From Terriglobales bacterium (lineage in GTDB: Bacteria; Acidobacteriota; Terriglobia; Terriglobales; Acidobacteriaceae): a DNA stretch of 64,000 bases. A program made the position numbers and the translations under genes. Below the pieces are notes generated by a model. It searched no databases and had not been told where the DNA came from. It saw nothing but the letters and a program-made list of their open reading frames with translations. Numbering within the stretch: position 1 is the stretch's first letter; the number at the start of each line of letters is the position of its first letter. This document shows positions 47,227-57,368 of the stretch, piece by piece. The stretch covers positions 116 through 64,115 of the forward strand of contig DASPRM010000102.1 in assembly GCA_035624455.1 (NCBI GenBank), read 5' to 3'.

Positions 47227-48240
47227 TTACTTCATCGTCAGAACCACCCGGAAACGCGCTTGTCCGCGCTCCATGCGCGAATAGGCCTCGCTCACCTGCT
47301 CCAAAGGAAATCGCTCGATCATGGGGCGAACTCCGCTGAGCGCGCTGAATTGCAGCGTGTCCTCTGAATCCTTCGCCGTGCCTGAGGGCCACCCCTGAAT
47401 CGAGCGTCTGCCCAGAATCAACGGAAGCAGGTTTACAGCCAGGGGCTCGTTGGGCACCGCCACGATCAAAAGCTTTCCATTAAGGCCGAGACCATCCATC
47501 AAAGCACTGATGGCTTTGCTGTCAGGCGCGGTCGCCAGGATGACTCGCGCGCCTCCAAGTTGTTTAAGCTGGCCTGCCACATCGACGGCGCTATCGACAT
47601 AGTGCTTCGCGCCCAATTGTCGCGCCAGGGGCTCTTTATCTTTTCCCCGGCCGATAGCCACCGTGGTGAATCCCAATTTGCTGGCGAACTGGATGCCGAG
47701 ATGGCCTAATCCCCCTATGCCTTGGATGGCTACCAGGTCCTCGGCCCTGGCGCCGGCGTTACGCAGCGCATTGAAGGTTGTGATCCCAGCGCAGAGCAGC
47801 GGAGCGGCCTCCTCCGCCCCCAGCTCATCCGGCATGGCAGCCACCGACTCCGCCGGAGCGATCATGTATTCGGCGTAGCCGCCGTCGTGAGAAACACCTG
47901 TAATCTTTTCGAACTGGCAGAGAATGAAATCGCCGCGGCGGCAAGCCTCGCAGTGGAAGCAGTGACCGCCGTGCCATCCCACGCCCACACGCTGGCCCTT
48001 AAGCCATCCCTCTACATTCTTGCCGATGGCATCGATTCTACCCGCCACCTCATGTCCCGGGATGCGTGGATACTGTAGGCCCGGCCAGATGCCTTCCTTA
48101 ACTACCATGTCGCTGTGGCAAATGCCGCAAGCCTCCACTTTGATCCGGACCTGCCCGCTGCCGGGCTCGGGAATTTCGCGTTCCACTAACTGCCACTCGC
48201 CTCCTGGAGTTGCTATCTGCGCTGCCTTCATTCGTGCCAT
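47227..48240 (-). CDS. Zinc-dependent alcohol dehydrogenase (MDR family)
   Basis: The catalytic Zn motif is GHEVAGRI with structural Zn Cys residues (CFHCEACRRG). The Rossmann motif is GIGGLGHLG. Confidence 0.9.
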   Translation of the reverse strand: MARMKAAQIATPGGEWQLVEREIPEPGSGQVRIKVEACGICHSDMVVKEGIWPGLQYPRIPGHEVAGRIDAIGKNVEGWLKGQRVGVGWHGGHCFHCEACRRGDFILCQFEKITGVSHDGGYAEYMIAPAESVAAMPDELGAEEAAPLLCAGITTFNALRNAGARAEDLVAIQGIGGLGHLGIQFASKLGFTTVAIGRGKDKEPLARQLGAKHYVDSAVDVAGQLKQLGGARVILATAPDSKAISALMDGLGLNGKLLIVAVPNEPLAVNLLPLILGRRSIQGWPSGTAKDSEDTLQFSALSGVRPMIERFPLEQVSEAYSRMERGQARFRVVLTMK

Positions 48241-48483
48241 TCATTGCTCCTAAGCGAACGGGGTTGCGGCTGGCGCCATCTCCGATCCAAGACCCCGAAA
48301 ATGTCACGCGAGTGGTCGCCAAGTAAGACGAACTAAAAGATGAAGGAAGGCACGAAAGGACTCGCTTTTGTTATCAACCTGCGGACCCCAATGTTCCAAT
48401 ACAAATAGCTTGATCGATCTCCTTCAGCTTAGTTCTCCCAGGAAAGGCATGGTAGGTTCGTGGTTTGATACGATGCCGCTTCC

Positions 48484-49260
48484 GTGCGGCTCATCCACAC
48501 AGCAAGCGTGCTCCTTGCATCAGGTCAGCCCAGCCTGATCGCTGGCTCACTGCGTGCGCGTTGGATACCGGCGGCCCTGCTGACTGCGGTATTTGCCATT
48601 TCGGCATATTGGCTGCGTGGCGTCACGCGCAATGGCGCCATCGCCGGAGCCATGATAGCTTTCACGCTTTACCTGGGTGCTGGGAGTGGCGGTTTCCTCG
48701 GGCTGGTGTCGGTATTTGTTCTCGCCTTCGTTTCATCGCGCCTTGGCTATGCTCGCAAACAGCAGCTCGGGATCGCAGAGAGCAAACAAGGCCGCTCGGC
48801 GGCTCAGGTATGGGCTAATCTGGGCGCCGCCGCAGCTTGTGCAGTGCTGGCGCTCGCCTTCCCGCTTCAACCCTGGCTTATCGCGATGGTGTCTGCTCTG
48901 GCGGAAGCGGCAGCAGATACCGCATCCAGCGAATGTGGAGAGGCGCTAAGCGAGCAAGCTTATTTGATCACTGATTTTCGTGCTGTTCCTGTCGGAACCA
49001 ACGGTGCAGTCAGCGCCCAGGGGACACTTTCCGCACTGCTCGCTGCATTGGTTGTTGCAGGCATCTGCGCAGCCGCAGCGACGATTCCCTTTCGTGCCGT
49101 TATCGTGGTTGCTGGGGCTGCTATGATCGGCACGACCGCTGATAGCTACCTGGGCGCTACCCTGGAGCGCCGTTCCGTGATCGGCAATAATGCTGTGAAC
49201 TTCGCAGGCACAACGCTGGCGGCGGTGGTCGGATTCGCACTCGCCAGACTGTTTCATTGA
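48484..49260 (+). CDS. DUF92/TIGR00297-family integral membrane protein
   Basis: It is polytopic, with the conserved EAAADTASSE segment typical of DUF92 (TMEM19-like). Confidence 0.6.
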   Translation: MRLIHTASVLLASGQPSLIAGSLRARWIPAALLTAVFAISAYWLRGVTRNGAIAGAMIAFTLYLGAGSGGFLGLVSVFVLAFVSSRLGYARKQQLGIAESKQGRSAAQVWANLGAAAACAVLALAFPLQPWLIAMVSALAEAAADTASSECGEALSEQAYLITDFRAVPVGTNGAVSAQGTLSALLAALVVAGICAAAATIPFRAVIVVAGAAMIGTTADSYLGATLERRSVIGNNAVNFAGTTLAAVVGFALARLFH

Positions 49261-49278
49261 GGGCTCTGAAAATCTCCC

Positions 49279-50970
49279 ATGCACAAATCGATCCTTGCAT
49301 TTCTACTCTTCCTGCTGACACTAAGCGGGTTTGCTCAGCAATTTGACACCCTCATTCGCCATGGCCGTGTCATCGACGGCAGCGGCAACCCCTGGACCTA
49401 TGCCGACGTAGGCATTAAAGGCGACCGGATCACCTTGGTCGGCCGTGCACCTGAAGGCGCTACCGCCCGCCAAACCATCGATGCCACAGGATTGGTCGTG
49501 ACGCCCGGCTTTATCGACATGCTGGGACAGTCGGAAGTCAACTTACTCATCGACCGGGGCGCTTTTAGCAAGCTGACCCAGGGAATTACGACGGACATTA
49601 CCGGCGAAGGTGAGTCGATCGCGCCGCAAAACGATGCCACCATTGCCGCTGCCAAGGACTTTCTCGAACACTTCAAATTGCAGGTGGATTGGCGCGATCT
49701 CGACGGCTACTTTCGCAGGCTGCAGCAGCAAGGCTCGGGCATAAACATTGGCACCTATGTGGGTGCGGCACAAGTGCGTGAGCTGGTAATTGGCCGGGAG
49801 AATCGCGCCCCTACGCCTGAGGAGCTGAAGCGCATGCAGCAATTGGTGGAAGCTGCCATGCGCCAGGGCGCTATGGGACTCTCCACCGCGCTGATCTATG
49901 CCCCAGGAAATTACGCGCGCACGGATGAGTTGATCGCTCTGGCGCAAGTGGCAGCTGCTTATGGCGGCATCTATGCTTCCCACATTCGCAGTGAAAGCAA
50001 TCTTGAGCCTCAGGCACTGGAAGAGGCATTCCGGATCGGAAGAGAGGCTCACATCCCGGTTGAGATCTTTCACCTCAAAGTCTCCGGCAAGCAGAACTGG
50101 GGAAAGATGCAGGACGTGGTGGCAGCCGTTGAGAAGGCTCGCGCAGAGGGGATTGATGTCACCGCGGATCAGTATCCCTATCTGGCCGGCGCCACCTCTC
50201 TAGGGGCCACCATTCCGCCGCAATATCATGCCGGCGGGACCGATGCCTTCCTGGCCAGGTTGCGCGATCCCAAGCAACGCAACGCCATCCGTAATGATCT
50301 TTCAAATTCGCAGACTTCGTTTGAAAACTGGTGGCTCCTGGCCGGCCCCGAGCGGATTCTGGTGAATTCAGTGCTCGATCAGTCGCTGGCGCGCTATCAG
50401 GGAAAAACCGTGGCACAGATTGCAGAGATGGATCATAAGGATCCCCTCGACGCACTCATGGATCTGGTCATCGCCGATCGCGACAACACCGGTGCCATCT
50501 ATTTCGTCATGAATGAAGACGATCTACGTTTGGCGATGCAGCAGCCTTGGGTGAGCGTCGGAACCGACTACGGGGAAGTGAGCCCGACCGGTCCCCTGTC
50601 AGAGGGAAACGCGCATCCGCGCGCCTATGGCAGCTTCCCACGCATTCTCGGCACTTACGTTCGCCAGCAGCATGTGCTGAGGTTGGAGGAAGCGATCCGC
50701 AAATTCACCTCCCTTCCCGCTCAGCGGGTGAGGCTCACTGATCGTGGGTTGCTGCGCGTGGGATATTTTGCAGATATCACGATCTTCGATGCGGAGAAGA
50801 TCAACGACGTTGCCACGTATACGGATCCCAACCGGCCCTCGGTCGGTGTGCGATACGTCTGGGTCAACGGTGTCCTTTCGCTGGTCGATGGAAAGCTCAC
50901 GGGGAAAGTCGGGGGCAGGCCGCTGCGCGGACCCGGATATATGCCCTTGTCCTTGGCTCGCAAGCAATGA
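49279..50970 (+). CDS. N-acyl-D-amino-acid deacylase (D-aminoacylase), amidohydrolase superfamily, secreted
   Basis: It has a signal peptide. The N-terminus is typical of D-aminoacylase (RHGRVIDGSGNPWTYADVGIKGDRI, PGFIDMLGQSE). The protein is 563 aa. Confidence 0.8.
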   Translation: MHKSILAFLLFLLTLSGFAQQFDTLIRHGRVIDGSGNPWTYADVGIKGDRITLVGRAPEGATARQTIDATGLVVTPGFIDMLGQSEVNLLIDRGAFSKLTQGITTDITGEGESIAPQNDATIAAAKDFLEHFKLQVDWRDLDGYFRRLQQQGSGINIGTYVGAAQVRELVIGRENRAPTPEELKRMQQLVEAAMRQGAMGLSTALIYAPGNYARTDELIALAQVAAAYGGIYASHIRSESNLEPQALEEAFRIGREAHIPVEIFHLKVSGKQNWGKMQDVVAAVEKARAEGIDVTADQYPYLAGATSLGATIPPQYHAGGTDAFLARLRDPKQRNAIRNDLSNSQTSFENWWLLAGPERILVNSVLDQSLARYQGKTVAQIAEMDHKDPLDALMDLVIADRDNTGAIYFVMNEDDLRLAMQQPWVSVGTDYGEVSPTGPLSEGNAHPRAYGSFPRILGTYVRQQHVLRLEEAIRKFTSLPAQRVRLTDRGLLRVGYFADITIFDAEKINDVATYTDPNRPSVGVRYVWVNGVLSLVDGKLTGKVGGRPLRGPGYMPLSLARKQ

Positions 50971-51056
50971 CCGCTGCGGAAGGCGCGTCGATGTTGAATC
51001 CCTCTGCCAAACAAAGGTGCACGGCGGACCACCCAGCTACGAATCGGATTCGCAAT

Positions 51057-51686
51057 CTACGTGATGTGCAGCCTCCAGAGAGAGTAGCTCATCGCTTCCC
51101 GAACCACCCCTTCTATCCGGCCCCAGGGAGAATGAGGGAGCGAGTCCGGCCGAGGCGCGCCATAGGCTTCAATTCCTTCCTTCGCCATCATGGCCTTGAT
51201 CCGGAAGATATGGTAGGCATCGCTAACCACCAGGGCGGTCCGCATGCCGTTGGCTTTCATGATCACCGCAACCCGCGCCGCCGATTCCGCGGTATTTCCA
51301 CCTTGGGTCTCGGCAATGAGATTAACGTCAGGAATGCCGCGGCGGGCCAGGAAGTCGCGCCCTACGCCACCTTCGCTATAGGTTGGATCCTCGGCCGCTC
51401 CCCCAGTCGTAATCACTACGGGTGCGATTCCCTTCTCAAACAAGCTAAAGGCGTGCTCCAGGCGTGCACGATAGACGGGCGAAGGATGCCCTGAATACTC
51501 CGCTGCCCCGAAGACCACGATGGCATCTGCGGGGCGAATCTCGTTTTGCCCCGCCTGGCGCGAGATCAGCGAAGCGATTCGCACCAGTCCGGCTGCGATC
51601 ACAAACACAAGAAGGGCCACGACCAGGAGAGCCGCGGTCGTGCGCTGCCTCGCAGGCCGATCAACAGGAGGAGGAACTGCGGTCAT
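51057..51686 (-). CDS. YdcF/SanA-family (DUF218) protein
   Basis: The DUF218 core is AIVVFGAA...VITTGG. It has an N-terminal TM segment. The start overlaps the tsaC stop in ATGA. Confidence 0.75.
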   Translation of the reverse strand: MTAVPPPVDRPARQRTTAALLVVALLVFVIAAGLVRIASLISRQAGQNEIRPADAIVVFGAAEYSGHPSPVYRARLEHAFSLFEKGIAPVVITTGGAAEDPTYSEGGVGRDFLARRGIPDVNLIAETQGGNTAESAARVAVIMKANGMRTALVVSDAYHIFRIKAMMAKEGIEAYGAPRPDSLPHSPWGRIEGVVREAMSYSLWRLHIT

Positions 51687-52357
51687 CCTTCGCTAAAGGC
51701 CTGACCCAGCGCGTTGACGATCTCCTGGGTAGGAATCGCGCCCTCCCGCTGCACTCGCCATTCCCCATCTTCGCTCAGGTCAACGATGGTCGAGGGCACG
51801 TGGCGCGGTGAGGGGCCGCCATCGAGAATAATCGAGAGCCGGTCTTTGAGTTGCTCGCGCACCGCTTCCGCTGTGGTGCATTCCGCTGCCCCGCTCAGAT
51901 TGGCTGAAGTAGCGGTAATAGGCAGGCCGGAAATTCGGATTACTTCTACCGGAATCGTCGCTGCCGGCACTCTCAGCGCAACATTGCCGGTATTGGCCGT
52001 GACCTTCAGCGGCAGCCGCGACGATGCTTTGACAATCAAGGTCAGCGGCCCGGGCCAGAACTTGCGCGCCAGCGCATAGAACTCTTCCGGTAGAGGACGC
52101 GTCAATTCCTCGGCCTGCTCAATGCTTTCGATGAGCAGAGAGAGCGGCTTGTGACGGCCGCGCGATTTGATTTCGTAGATGCGATCAACCGCCCGCAAAT
52201 TGAGCGGATCGGCCGCCAGTCCGTAAAACGTGTCCGTGGGCATCCCTAGCACCTCGCCCTGCCGAATCTTCTCGGCGGCATAGGCTATGAGCGAGGGTTC
52301 CGGAGCGGTCTGGTGAATCTTGATGATTTCCGCGCGCAAACCCGGTTTCCTTTCCAA
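51683..52357 (-). CDS. tsaC: L-threonylcarbamoyladenylate synthase (TsaC/YrdC/Sua5 family)
   Basis: The YrdC fold motifs PTDTFYGLAADP and KSRGRHKPLSLLI are present. It is 224 aa, a single domain. Confidence 0.85.
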   Translation of the reverse strand: MERKPGLRAEIIKIHQTAPEPSLIAYAAEKIRQGEVLGMPTDTFYGLAADPLNLRAVDRIYEIKSRGRHKPLSLLIESIEQAEELTRPLPEEFYALARKFWPGPLTLIVKASSRLPLKVTANTGNVALRVPAATIPVEVIRISGLPITATSANLSGAAECTTAEAVREQLKDRLSIILDGGPSPRHVPSTIVDLSEDGEWRVQREGAIPTQEIVNALGQAFSEG

Positions 52358-52850
52358 CCTTGTCCAGAAACGGCGAAAACTAACATATCACTCGGGTTTA
52401 GAGCAAGAGAGCATGGTGAAGATTGAGGGCACACGATACGTGAACCAGGCCTTCAGACCTGCATCAACATCCAAAAAATCGGGGCTTCAGGGCGTACGTG
52501 AGAACTGCTTTTGGGCGAGTCAAGTGGTCCCAGACATGCCAGAAATCCAGCCCCGAAGGGGCGGCAGAGCATAGCCCCGGCGTGAGCCGGGGAAATCGAA
52601 AAAAATTGTGAGTGCCATTAGGCACGACAGAGTTCTCACGCACAATCTTTCGCCCCGAAGGAAAGCAGGCGCAGTGCAGGCAAAGTGTCCCTCAGCGGCT
52701 GAAGCCCGAATTCTCCGCGGTGGAAATGCTTGGCTGAAAGCCCTGCTCCACCCACTATGTCCAATGATAAATACAGGCTAAAGCTGTTGAATCGGAAAGC
52801 TCCGACTCGCGGCGTATGATGGCCTGGTAACAGCGGCAGCACCTCCCTAC

Positions 52851-53678
52851 ATGCCAAGCTCCGAGCTAGACCGCCTGCGGAAGATCACGAGCCGCCAGAA
52901 TTCTCAGGTCAAAGAGTTGCGCCACGCCTTCCAGCAGGCGGAGACCACATCCGACGGCTATTGCGCCATCGAGGGCATCCGGCTGATCGAGGAGGCGATC
53001 CGCAGCGGCTTGCGCTTTAAGGCGGTCTTTTTTCGCCAATCAGCACACGAACAGGCGGAACGTTTGTTGCCGCAATTGTCCACTCACTTGGACACGCTGC
53101 TGCTCCCCGATGATGTTTTTGACGGTGCGGTGGACACCGAAACTCCGCAGGGCGTGGCGGCGCTTGTACGTTTACGAGATTACAAGCTGGAGCAGGTGCT
53201 GGCGCGCCCCGTTCCGTTCCTCATGGGCGCCGTTGGCATCCAGGACCCGGGGAACCTCGGTACCATCATTCGATCCTCCGAAGCTTTTGGCGCCGATGCC
53301 TTGCTGGCGGCTGAGAAAACGGTGAAACGATTTAATCCCAAGGTCATCCGGGCGTCGGCCGGATCGCTCTTTCGGCTGCCTGTTCTGGATTGGTCCGAGG
53401 AGGATTTGGGCCGCCTGCGGGAAAAATCCATCAAATTAGTCGCGACTACATCGCACAAAGGCGAGGATCTCGATGCCGTTGATCTCACCGGGCCTTTGGC
53501 TGTCTTCATCGGTGGGGAAGGAACTGGTCTCCCGCGCGCCTACATGGCTCAAATGCAGCAACTGGTGCGTATTCCCCAGTCGGAGCGCGTAGAATCGTTG
53601 AATGCCGGCGTGGCGGCGTCAATTGTGCTGTATGAGGCCGCACGACAGAGAAAGAAACTGGAGGGTGCCACATCGTAG
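52851..53678 (+). CDS. TrmH/SpoU-family RNA 2'-O-methyltransferase
   Basis: SpoU motifs are present ([40 protein letters not shown]). Confidence 0.85.
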   Translation: MPSSELDRLRKITSRQNSQVKELRHAFQQAETTSDGYCAIEGIRLIEEAIRSGLRFKAVFFRQSAHEQAERLLPQLSTHLDTLLLPDDVFDGAVDTETPQGVAALVRLRDYKLEQVLARPVPFLMGAVGIQDPGNLGTIIRSSEAFGADALLAAEKTVKRFNPKVIRASAGSLFRLPVLDWSEEDLGRLREKSIKLVATTSHKGEDLDAVDLTGPLAVFIGGEGTGLPRAYMAQMQQLVRIPQSERVESLNAGVAASIVLYEAARQRKKLEGATS

Positions 53679-53754
53679 CCGTTTTTTGCCTGGGGTGGAA
53701 GGTCGAGGCGGAGCCTCGACAGAATCGCCACATTTTTTGCCCGAGAACCGATGC

Positions 53755-55143
53755 ATGAGCTTGTTTCAACCAATTCCCGGTGATGCTGAAGCGGTGGATA
53801 AGACCCGGCCGCTGGCCGACCGCATGCGCCCGCGCTCGTTGGATGAATTCGTCGGTCAGCAACACCTGCTGGCTGCGGGAAAGCCGTTGCGCGTACAAAT
53901 CGAGCGCGATGATCTCGGGTCGATCCTCTTCTGGGGTCCGCCCGGTGTCGGTAAAACCAGCTTGGCGCACATCATTGCCCGCGTCACGCGCGCCGAGTTC
54001 ATCGAATTCTCGGCCGTGCTCGCAGGCATCAAGGAAATTAAGCAAGTAATGGCCGACGCTGAAAAGGCCAGGCAGTACGGAACCCGCACCATCGTTTTCA
54101 TCGACGAGATTCATCGCTTCAACAAGGCCCAGCAGGACGCCTTTCTGCCGCACGTCGAAAAAGGCAACATCCGCCTGATCGGCGCCACCACTGAAAATCC
54201 CTCATTCGAGATCATCTCTGCCCTGCTTTCGCGCTGCCGGACCTACGTGCTTCAGCCGTTAACAGAAGACGAGATCGTGCTCCTCCTGCGCCGGGCACTC
54301 GAAGATCGTGAACGTGGCCTGGGGGATTTGAACATCGAAGCTTCCGGCGAAATTCTGGCGCGTATCGCGGCTTACTCAAGTGGGGATGCTCGCGCCGCCT
54401 ACAACGTGCTGGAGGTCGCCTCGACTCTCGCCCGCAACGCAGCCGACGGCAAGCCCACCATCACCGACGAGATCGTCCAGAATGCCCTCCAGAAGCGCGT
54501 CCTGCTGTATGACAAAGCAGGGGAAGAACACTACAACCTGATTTCCGCGTTGCACAAATCGGTGCGCAACAGCGATCCGGACGCGGCCCTGTACTGGCTG
54601 GCTCGCATGCTGGAAGCGGGAGAGGATCCCCTGTACATCGCTCGTCGCGTAGTTCGCATGGCGGTGGAAGATATCGGCATGGCTGACCCGGGCGCACTAG
54701 GAATCACGGTTGCCGCACGGGACGCGGTTGATTTCATCGGTATGCCTGAAGGGGACCTCGCCCTGGCGCAAGCTGTTGTGTATCTTGCGCTGGCCCCCAA
54801 ATCCAATTCGCTTTACGAAGCCTATGCCCGGGTTCACGAAGATGTGGAACAAACGGTGGCGCAGCCAGTTCCCCTGCATCTGCGCAATGCACCGACCCCG
54901 CTGATGAAGCAGATCGGCTACGGCAAGGGATATCAGTATGCTCATGACCTGGAGGGCAAAGTAGCTGATATGCAGTGCTTGCCCGACAACCTGCGGGACC
55001 GGCAGTACTATCAGCCGTCCGACCAGGGACTCGAGAAGCGCATTCGTGAGCGCATGGAAGAGATCCGTCGCTTGCGCATGGCTGCCAGGCCATGGGGAAC
55101 ATCAGTCCGGCCGGCCACCGAAGAGCCCAAGAAACCACAATAG
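53755..55143 (+). CDS. rarA: Replication-associated recombination protein A (AAA+ ATPase RarA/MgsA)
   Basis: Walker A is GPPGVGKTS and Walker B is [11 protein letters not shown], followed by the MgsA C-terminal domains. The start is ATG at 53755. Confidence 0.9.
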   Translation: MSLFQPIPGDAEAVDKTRPLADRMRPRSLDEFVGQQHLLAAGKPLRVQIERDDLGSILFWGPPGVGKTSLAHIIARVTRAEFIEFSAVLAGIKEIKQVMADAEKARQYGTRTIVFIDEIHRFNKAQQDAFLPHVEKGNIRLIGATTENPSFEIISALLSRCRTYVLQPLTEDEIVLLLRRALEDRERGLGDLNIEASGEILARIAAYSSGDARAAYNVLEVASTLARNAADGKPTITDEIVQNALQKRVLLYDKAGEEHYNLISALHKSVRNSDPDAALYWLARMLEAGEDPLYIARRVVRMAVEDIGMADPGALGITVAARDAVDFIGMPEGDLALAQAVVYLALAPKSNSLYEAYARVHEDVEQTVAQPVPLHLRNAPTPLMKQIGYGKGYQYAHDLEGKVADMQCLPDNLRDRQYYQPSDQGLEKRIRERMEEIRRLRMAARPWGTSVRPATEEPKKPQ

Positions 55144-55145
55144 CC

Positions 55146-55454
55146 ATGGATCGAATTGCCAGCTTGAAAGAAATCCTCTCGCAGGATCCCAACAACGCCT
55201 TTGCCCGCTACTCGCTGGCAACGGAGTACTCCGGCCGGGGTGAGATTGAGGCGGCCCTCGCCGAATTTTCTTCGCTGCTCAGGGCAAATCCTGATTACAC
55301 CAACGGCTACTTTATGGCTGCGCAGACGCTGATGAAAGCCGATCGCACCGAGGAGGCGCGTCAGATGCTCGCCGATGGCCTCTCCTGCGCTCGGCGGACC
55401 AGCAATCGCCACGCTGAATCAGAAATGCAGTCGATGTTGGACGAACTGGGATGA
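55146..55454 (+). CDS. Small tetratricopeptide-repeat protein (102 aa)
   Basis: Two or three TPR-like helices are visible (AFARYSLATEYSGRGEIEAALAEFSSLLRANPDY...). The start ATG is 3 nt after the rarA stop. Confidence 0.6.
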   Translation: MDRIASLKEILSQDPNNAFARYSLATEYSGRGEIEAALAEFSSLLRANPDYTNGYFMAAQTLMKADRTEEARQMLADGLSCARRTSNRHAESEMQSMLDELG

Positions 55455-55740
55455 TTACAGTGTCGTGAGAACTGATTTTTTCAGCCAAGTGAGAGACCCA
55501 GAAATCGCGCCCCGAAGGGGCGGCAGAGCGTAGCGCCGGCGTCACCGCTCTACCACCTCGCGTTTGACTGCTAGGTCAAAGAGAGCCAAGGACGCTAGCC
55601 CGATTGGTTAGATTGGGCTCCCGTTCCGCTCGCATACCTTGCGCTGCTCCACCCTCCTATCGAAAACCTGCATCACACGATGTTGGGATTATGCGGGTAT
55701 AATCGCCCAAGACGTGATCGGAGTGAGGTCCCCTTCCCAT

Positions 55741-57237
55741 ATGAGTTTCCCTCGGACACTTGGTGGTCTTCGCCACAGCAATTTCTGCGAAGCCCGGCTT
55801 CGCAAGCGCCGCGTAAAAGACGAACTGAGAGAGAACCTCATAGCTAGGCTCCGCGAGGAAAACACCGAGAGTGTCTTCCCAGGCATCGTCGGTTATGACG
55901 ACACGGTCGTTCCTCAGATCGTGAACGCCATTCTTTCAAAGCACAATTTCATTCTTCTCGGCCTCCGCGGCCAGGCCAAGAGCCGAATCCTGCGCGCCCT
56001 CACCGGTTTACTCGATCCCGAGATGCCATACATCGCGGGATGCGAGATCCACGACAATCCCTATGCTCCCATCTGTCGCCGTTGCCGCGAACTGGTAGAG
56101 GCGGAAGGTGACGCGACTCCCATTGACTACCTGCTCCCCGAAGCCCGTTATGTTGAAAAACTGGCCACTCCAGACGTGACCATTGCCGATTTGATTGGCG
56201 ATATCGATCCCATCAAAGCGGCTCGCGGCGGGCATGAATTAGGCAGCGAGCTTACCGTCCACTATGGGCTTCTGCCGCGTGCCAATCGCGGTATCTTCGC
56301 GATCAATGAGTTGCCTGATCTGGCGGGCAAAATTCAGGTCGGCTTGTTCAATATCATGCAGGAAGGGGACGTACAGATTAAGGGCTATCCGGTGCGCCTG
56401 CCGCTGGATGTGGCACTGGTGTTCAGTGCCAACCCGGAAGACTACACAGCTCGCGGGAAGATCATTACTCCCCTGAAAGATCGTATCGGATCCGAAATTC
56501 GCACGCACTATCCGGCCACTGTGGATGAAGGCATAGCCATCACCGCCCAGGAAGCCTGGGTTCAGCGCGACAGCTACATGCTCGAGGTGCCAAAGTTCGT
56601 GCAGGAGGTGATCGAGCGCATCGCGTTTACCGCCAGGGAAGATAAGCGTATCGACAAGCGCTCCGGGGTCAGCCAGCGCCTCCCCATCACTTGCATGGAG
56701 AACGTGATTTCCAATGCCGAGCGCCGCAGTATCCGGAATAGAGAAGAAATCGTGGTTCCCCGCATCGGGGACATCTACGCGGCCATGCCGGCCATTACCG
56801 GAAAGCTGGAGTTGGAATACGAAGGTGAGGTCAAGGGAGCCGATACTGTGGTGCGGGAGCTGATCCGAACCGCGGTGGCCAACACCTTCGACGCTTACTT
56901 CCACGGCGCAAACCTGCAGCAGGTGGTCCAATGGTTCGACTTGGGTGGATCGGTGCAAATGCAGGACACTGCCTCTGCCGCTGAAGTGCTGGATACGATC
57001 AAAAATATTCAGGGATTGATGGAGCGGTTGGCCCCGCTGGGTGTGAAACCCAAAGACCCGCCCGAGTTACAGGTTTCGGCTGCGGAATTCGTTCTTGAGG
57101 GTTTGTACGCCCACAAGCGGATCGGTCGCAGTGAAGAGCGGCTATTCACGGCGGGTGAACGGCAACCGCGCCGAACCGAGCAGGAACGGTTGCGTACCGA
57201 CGAACCGCCGTTCCGCCCGCGGCGGCCGTTCAATTAG
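55741..57237 (+). CDS. ChlI/BchI-like (Mg-chelatase subunit I family) AAA+ ATPase
   Basis: It is collinear with BchI: a Walker-A-like GLRGQAKS, a Cys-containing insert [17 protein letters not shown], then [19 protein letters not shown] (Walker B/sensor-1 region) and the [18 protein letters not shown] block. The start is ATG at 55741. Confidence 0.75.
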   Translation: MSFPRTLGGLRHSNFCEARLRKRRVKDELRENLIARLREENTESVFPGIVGYDDTVVPQIVNAILSKHNFILLGLRGQAKSRILRALTGLLDPEMPYIAGCEIHDNPYAPICRRCRELVEAEGDATPIDYLLPEARYVEKLATPDVTIADLIGDIDPIKAARGGHELGSELTVHYGLLPRANRGIFAINELPDLAGKIQVGLFNIMQEGDVQIKGYPVRLPLDVALVFSANPEDYTARGKIITPLKDRIGSEIRTHYPATVDEGIAITAQEAWVQRDSYMLEVPKFVQEVIERIAFTAREDKRIDKRSGVSQRLPITCMENVISNAERRSIRNREEIVVPRIGDIYAAMPAITGKLELEYEGEVKGADTVVRELIRTAVANTFDAYFHGANLQQVVQWFDLGGSVQMQDTASAAEVLDTIKNIQGLMERLAPLGVKPKDPPELQVSAAEFVLEGLYAHKRIGRSEERLFTAGERQPRRTEQERLRTDEPPFRPRRPFN

Positions 57238-57368
57238 TGATGCTAGGGCGCGGGTGCCCCACGTTAGCCCTCTTTTGGCTAACCTGGGATTCAAACGGTT
57301 GGGCCGCCTGCTCTTCCGCCATTCTTAGACGGAGGGTGGGATCGTGAATCATAGAAGTCCTCCGGTAA

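Noticed and set aside
53602-53754. N-terminal extensions proposed by the ORF track for rarA, hypE, hypF, the CPBP protease, the SPFH protein, hemA and others
   Set aside because: The extended regions are not protein-like and overlap upstream genes or terminator hairpins. Internal ATGs with Shine-Dalgarno sequences match family N-termini.
56239-56958. 239-aa minus-strand ORF within the ChlI-like ATPase gene
   Set aside because: It is antisense to a gene with collinear BchI motifs.
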